64,000 nucleotides of DNA from Patescibacteria group bacterium (GTDB lineage Bacteria > Patescibacteriota > Saccharimonadia > UBA4664). The DNA is taken from positions 30,500 to 94,499 of the forward strand of contig JAQGHG010000003.1 of the NCBI GenBank assembly GCA_028288925.1, in the 5' to 3' direction. A program made the position numbers and the translations under genes. Below are positions 60,291-64,000 of the stretch, piece after piece (positions within the stretch are counted from its first letter, which is position 1; every line of letters begins with the position of its first letter). The notes below the pieces were generated by a model that saw nothing but the letters and a program-made list of their open reading frames with translations, did no database searches and had not been told where the DNA came from.

Positions 60291-60375
60291 GAAATTATCC
60301 ACACACAAAAGGAGGCCCCTGCGGCCTCCTTTGCATAGGTGCCTCGTACCGTTATAATACTCAAAGTCAAAGCCT

Positions 60376-60450
60376 GGCTGCGTAGCTCAGTGGTAGAGCA
60401 GGAGACTCATAAGCTCTTGGTCGGTAGTTCGAATCTACCCGTAGCCACCA
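60376..60450 (+). tRNA. Elongator tRNA-Met (CAT); probable integration site
   Basis: GGCTGCG acceptor stem, CT-CAT-AA loop, TTCGAATC and CCA. Confidence 0.92.
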
Positions 60451-61987
60451 TTTTGGATTTATCACCCGCCACATCGGCGGAAAGTTGGAAGTTAAGCCCT
60501 AAAGTGGCAGTTCTAAAACCATTCCCGAAGTCATAGGTAATACCGTCCGGGAAAACCATTTTTTGGAACCGCTGCTTGTCCTCGACCGTCGCCTCACGCC
60601 AAAAGCGGACCGGATCAGCCATAAAACCGATCGCCATATCGACAATCTGCCGCTTGTTGGCTTCGTCGTTTTTAAGCTCGCGTTTTTCTTCTTCAAGCTG
60701 CTCTCGCTGGCGTTTTAGGCGTTGGTGTTTGTCGCGCCCCATTTGGGCATCTAGCTTGTTATCGACAATCATATCCGTAACCGTAATGGCCGTAGCGTCG
60801 ATGCCGTCCAGCTCACGGTCAATCGCCTTGCGGCGCTCAAACGCTTCTCGGTATTCCTGGTTCCAGCGCCGTAGAACTACCTCACGGTAGAGCCTCAGTG
60901 AGCCTTCGGTGGGTGTAGCGGCCGCAAGTTGTGCTTCAAACTGCTCGTGCATAACATCGTTGGCGATGCTTGTTATCTTGCCGGTTACAGATTTGCGGCA
61001 CTTTGGGCAGTTATAGCGCATATAGTAGGCACCTGAACTGCCTCGTGGTGCCGAGCCGGTAATACTGCTGTCGCAGTCGCCGCACCGCAACGCCTTACCG
61101 CGTAGAGGCCAGTGCTCGTTACGCTTGGCATATGGCGTTATAGCTTTCTTGCGGCCGCTCAAGATGGCTTGTATCGCCTTGTGATCGCCAACACTAATTA
61201 ACGGCGGGTGAATGCCGTCTACGTCCCCATCGACCATCGAGGAGCGTACTATTCCGGCATAAATGGGGTTGCGCAACATATTGCAGATTGTCTGCTGGGT
61301 AAACGGCTTGCCGGTTCGACCGACCAGTCCTATGGACGCCGCCAGCTTTGCAGCATCTTTCTGAGTATATTTTCCGGTTCGGAACTCTAGCAGGAGCTTT
61401 TTAACCAGGCCCGCCTGCTCGTTTGGCTCCAACGTAGCACGCTTCTGAGGGTCTTTTACGGCCCGGTAGCCGGTGGGCGGGGAGAAGGGCCAGCAACCTT
61501 CCTCAACGCTGGCTGTCATACCAGCCGAACAGCGCAACGATCTAATATCATTATCAAACTCGGCGAATATTGCCAGAGTGCCTTCAATGAGCTTGCCGGT
61601 TGGCGTTTCATCAATCTGCTCCGTCGCGGAGCGGAGCTTGACCCCATAACCAGCAAGCAACTTCCTTACCGCAAAGTGATCCCCGGCATTGCGGGCGAAT
61701 CGGTCAAGCTTCCAAACAATGACCACATCAAGGTCACGACGATGCTTAATGGAATGCAGGATCATTTTCTGGAATTGTGAGCGTTGATCGGTCTTAGCCG
61801 ACTCACCTTCTTCGACGAACACCGCCTGCACCAAGAGCCCCTTGCCCTCTGCGTAGGCCTGGCAATCCTTGAGCTGGTTTTCAAGGCTATACCCGTCAAC
61901 CTGCTCTTTGCTGGAAACTCTCGTGTAAATAACTGCGGTTCTCATAGAAGCCTCGGACTCAATTTTCCCACGTGTATCTGTAGCCAT
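60407..61987 (-). CDS. Large serine recombinase
   Basis: IYTRVSS.EQ, WKLDRFAR, recombinase domain (LRNPIYAG), Zn ribbon (CGDC...CPKC) and coiled coil. Confidence 0.95.
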   Translation of the reverse strand: MATDTRGKIESEASMRTAVIYTRVSSKEQVDGYSLENQLKDCQAYAEGKGLLVQAVFVEEGESAKTDQRSQFQKMILHSIKHRRDLDVVIVWKLDRFARNAGDHFAVRKLLAGYGVKLRSATEQIDETPTGKLIEGTLAIFAEFDNDIRSLRCSAGMTASVEEGCWPFSPPTGYRAVKDPQKRATLEPNEQAGLVKKLLLEFRTGKYTQKDAAKLAASIGLVGRTGKPFTQQTICNMLRNPIYAGIVRSSMVDGDVDGIHPPLISVGDHKAIQAILSGRKKAITPYAKRNEHWPLRGKALRCGDCDSSITGSAPRGSSGAYYMRYNCPKCRKSVTGKITSIANDVMHEQFEAQLAAATPTEGSLRLYREVVLRRWNQEYREAFERRKAIDRELDGIDATAITVTDMIVDNKLDAQMGRDKHQRLKRQREQLEEEKRELKNDEANKRQIVDMAIGFMADPVRFWREATVEDKQRFQKMVFPDGITYDFGNGFRTATLGLNFQLSADVAGDKSKMVATGRFELPTKSL

Positions 61988-62172
61988 CAAGAAACCTTCG
62001 TGGATTTTAGAACTGCGTCTGCCCGCCGCAAGTTAACGCCTGCTACGAAGTCTAGCTCTATGATCTGGCGTTCAACTTCCTCATCAGTACGACCCTCGGC
62101 TTCTTTGCCAAGCAGCTTCCGAGCTTCTTTAATGGTAATGATTAACCCACCGTCTCTAACCGAACTCGCCAT
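61987..62172 (-). CDS. Small HTH-like protein, candidate directionality factor
   Basis: IITIKEARKLLG motif; TGATG coupling to the recombinase start. Confidence 0.5.
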   Translation of the reverse strand: MASSVRDGGLIITIKEARKLLGKEAEGRTDEEVERQIIELDFVAGVNLRRADAVLKSTKVS

Positions 62173-62312
62173 AACAGTTATTCCGGGCCAGACCCGCTGA
62201 CTGCTCAACAAAAAAATACGCTGAAACAGCCAGTAAGTACCTGGCGGCCGGGTTTACCCAGCTCTGTTTCAGCGTTAGATCGCTTTGGTTAATACTTTAG
62301 ATGTACGAGCCA

Positions 62313-62723
62313 TTATAAACCGAGACGGGGCTGATGCCCAACCTCATACCTAATGTGCTCCACGGCAGCACCCAATTGCTCTAATGCGGGCGTTAGCACT
62401 GTGAGCCTATGGCATTTCTCGGGTGCCGCCTCGGAACACAGCAGCACGATCCGCTCGGCCGCTGCCAGCTCGTATACGGCCGCGAGCGTCTCCTCGTATT
62501 CGACATTCTCGCCCAGCCCACCCAAGTTTGCCCCGCGCCAGTCGTAATTGATGTCGTGGTCAGCAAGGAACTGTGCCAGCCGATCACGGTTGAAGTGCGG
62601 GTGCCATCGTGAGTACGGCTTGGTGCGTACGTCTACAAGCCGGTCGATGCCGTAAGATTGCAGCCGCTCCAACACTTCCTCGGCCGAGCGTACGCTGTGG
62701 CCGATAGTCCAAATCGTCCTCAC
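62313..62723 (-). CDS. DUF488 family protein
   Basis: IWTIGHS, LVDVRTKPYSR, LGG and LLCSEA.PEKCHR motifs. Confidence 0.9.
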   Translation of the reverse strand: MRTIWTIGHSVRSAEEVLERLQSYGIDRLVDVRTKPYSRWHPHFNRDRLAQFLADHDINYDWRGANLGGLGENVEYEETLAAVYELAAAERIVLLCSEAAPEKCHRLTVLTPALEQLGAAVEHIRYEVGHQPRLGL

Positions 62724-62982
62724 AACGCTAGTTCCTGTAATGATGATTTTAGGAAGTTGGCGCCGTTTTTAACTGTATGGGTACAACCGATACACTGACG
62801 AAGTGACACCGAACGCAATCTTGGCAAACTACCACTTTTACGCTGCACAGTGCAGGGTTTTTGCAACCATATCTGCCTTAAAAAGACCCGAACACCCTGC
62901 ACGATTCCCCGTGTCTTCTGGTTGCATACAGCAATACTTTTGCAGCTTTTTACCCTGGGCAGCCGCCCGAACACCGCCGCCA

Positions 62983-63897
62983 TTAGAAGTTCACTCCTGC
63001 AAACGTTCTGTAATACCGTGGTAAATCGTCTGTATGCTTCACCCCGTCCCAATACACCTGCAACGTTTCGATATTACGGTGGCGCGTGTATCTTGCCACC
63101 TCTAGTAGATCGCCCTTGTACTCCTTGATGAGCTGGGTGGTGAAGTAGTGGCGTAGGCCGTGGGTGGTTTTCTCTATCCCTAGCTCGGCTAAACACAGCT
63201 GCACGAGATTGCGGACTGAGCGCGTCGTTAGCCGGCAATTTAAGCTGTTATGGCTGCGGCTAGTAAATAGGGGGCCATCAGCCACTCGGTTGGCTTTGAG
63301 GTGCTCTCTAAGCGAGCGTACCGTTTCCGGGTGCAGATAGACGGGTTCGGTATCGTCCCGGCCCTTACCGCGCACGTGAGCTATGCCACGCGCAAGCTCC
63401 AAATCTTTTACGTCTAGTCGGGTAACTTCGATCTGGCGCAAGCCCTGCAGCGCGAGCAGGCTGATGATGGCCTTCAAGCGAGCATTCTCGACCGTATCTG
63501 GCAGCTGGCGTAGCATATCGGCTAGCTCTTGCACCTCGACCTTCGTTAATCCGTCGCGCTTGTGTCGCTTGCCCTGGGCGAACCCTTTGACGTTCTGGGT
63601 GATGTCGGCCGGCAGTACGCCTTGGCGGTTCAGCTCCTTGAGCCAGATACGAGCAACGGCAAGATGCTTATTCTTGGTGCTCGCAGCGAGGTCGGTGCGG
63701 TTGGCTAGCCACCGCTTGTAGTCAAGAAAACTATTCCGGTTCAGGCCGCCACCTTCGATGAAGTGCAGGAATGAACCTATACGAGCCTGGTAGTCGGCAC
63801 GGGTGGCTTCACTCACGTCCAGACGCTCGAAGATGGCTTCTGTCGCCCAGCTGGACTGGGCCGCGAGGTGCATATTGGGGGACTGCATTAATTGCAT
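62983..63897 (-). CDS. Tyrosine recombinase/integrase (XerD-like)
   Basis: GLRQIE, GKG, HGLRH and RH..IET..Y catalytic residues. Start uncertain. Confidence 0.9.
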   Translation of the reverse strand: MQLMQSPNMHLAAQSSWATEAIFERLDVSEATRADYQARIGSFLHFIEGGGLNRNSFLDYKRWLANRTDLAASTKNKHLAVARIWLKELNRQGVLPADITQNVKGFAQGKRHKRDGLTKVEVQELADMLRQLPDTVENARLKAIISLLALQGLRQIEVTRLDVKDLELARGIAHVRGKGRDDTEPVYLHPETVRSLREHLKANRVADGPLFTSRSHNSLNCRLTTRSVRNLVQLCLAELGIEKTTHGLRHYFTTQLIKEYKGDLLEVARYTRHRNIETLQVYWDGVKHTDDLPRYYRTFAGVNF

Positions 63898-64000
63898 TTT
63901 GTGGCTCCCTAAAGCCAAATAACTGTACTTATATTTTATCAGACGAGCTACCTTTGTACAGTTATTTGAGGCCGGAGTATACTTACCCCGGAGGCGTTAT

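Larger units (their letters stand above)
60407..64000 (-). mobile_element. Left part of an integrative element at tRNA-Met (continues beyond window)
   Basis: Recombinase abutting the tRNA 3' end, a second integrase, DUF488, and loss of the C-rich strand bias. Confidence 0.75.

Noticed and set aside
62720-63052. 110 aa ORF between the tyrosine recombinase and DUF488
   Set aside because: No recognisable motif, and the region is dominated by DNA repeats; more likely non-coding.

Overview
This 64 kb window most likely comes from a Patescibacteria (CPR) chromosome, probably Saccharibacteria-like. That is an inference from the gene repertoire, the many apparently leaderless genes and the strongly C-rich + strand. 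From left to right it contains: a secreted repeat/polysaccharide-deacetylase gene (partial); a surface-glycan cluster (GtrA, GT2, rmlABCD, manC-like, glmS) interrupted by two high-GC, self-contained single-gene cassettes; an NHL/SGNH secreted protein; vanW-like, lexA and radC; an F420-type oxidoreductase and cfa; a low-GC islet at tRNA-Asn; an attenuated ilvA-like gene; a two-component system with ABC exporters; malic enzyme; an unusual F1-type ATPase operon; ABC-2 genes, a 6S-like structured RNA candidate, dsbA, an otsA/otsB fusion and def; all three CAU-anticodon tRNAs; and the left part of an element integrated at tRNA-Met that carries both a serine and a tyrosine recombinase. The strongest candidate for an undescribed system is the ATPase operon (44064-50229). 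It has intact alpha/beta/gamma catalytic motifs and no a-subunit gene. Its first gene fuses a signal peptide and extracellular beta-domain to a c-subunit-like GRNP hairpin that lacks the ion-binding carboxylate. This suggests an ion-uncoupled rotary motor acting on a surface structure. All functional calls come from motif recognition by eye; no database searches were run.
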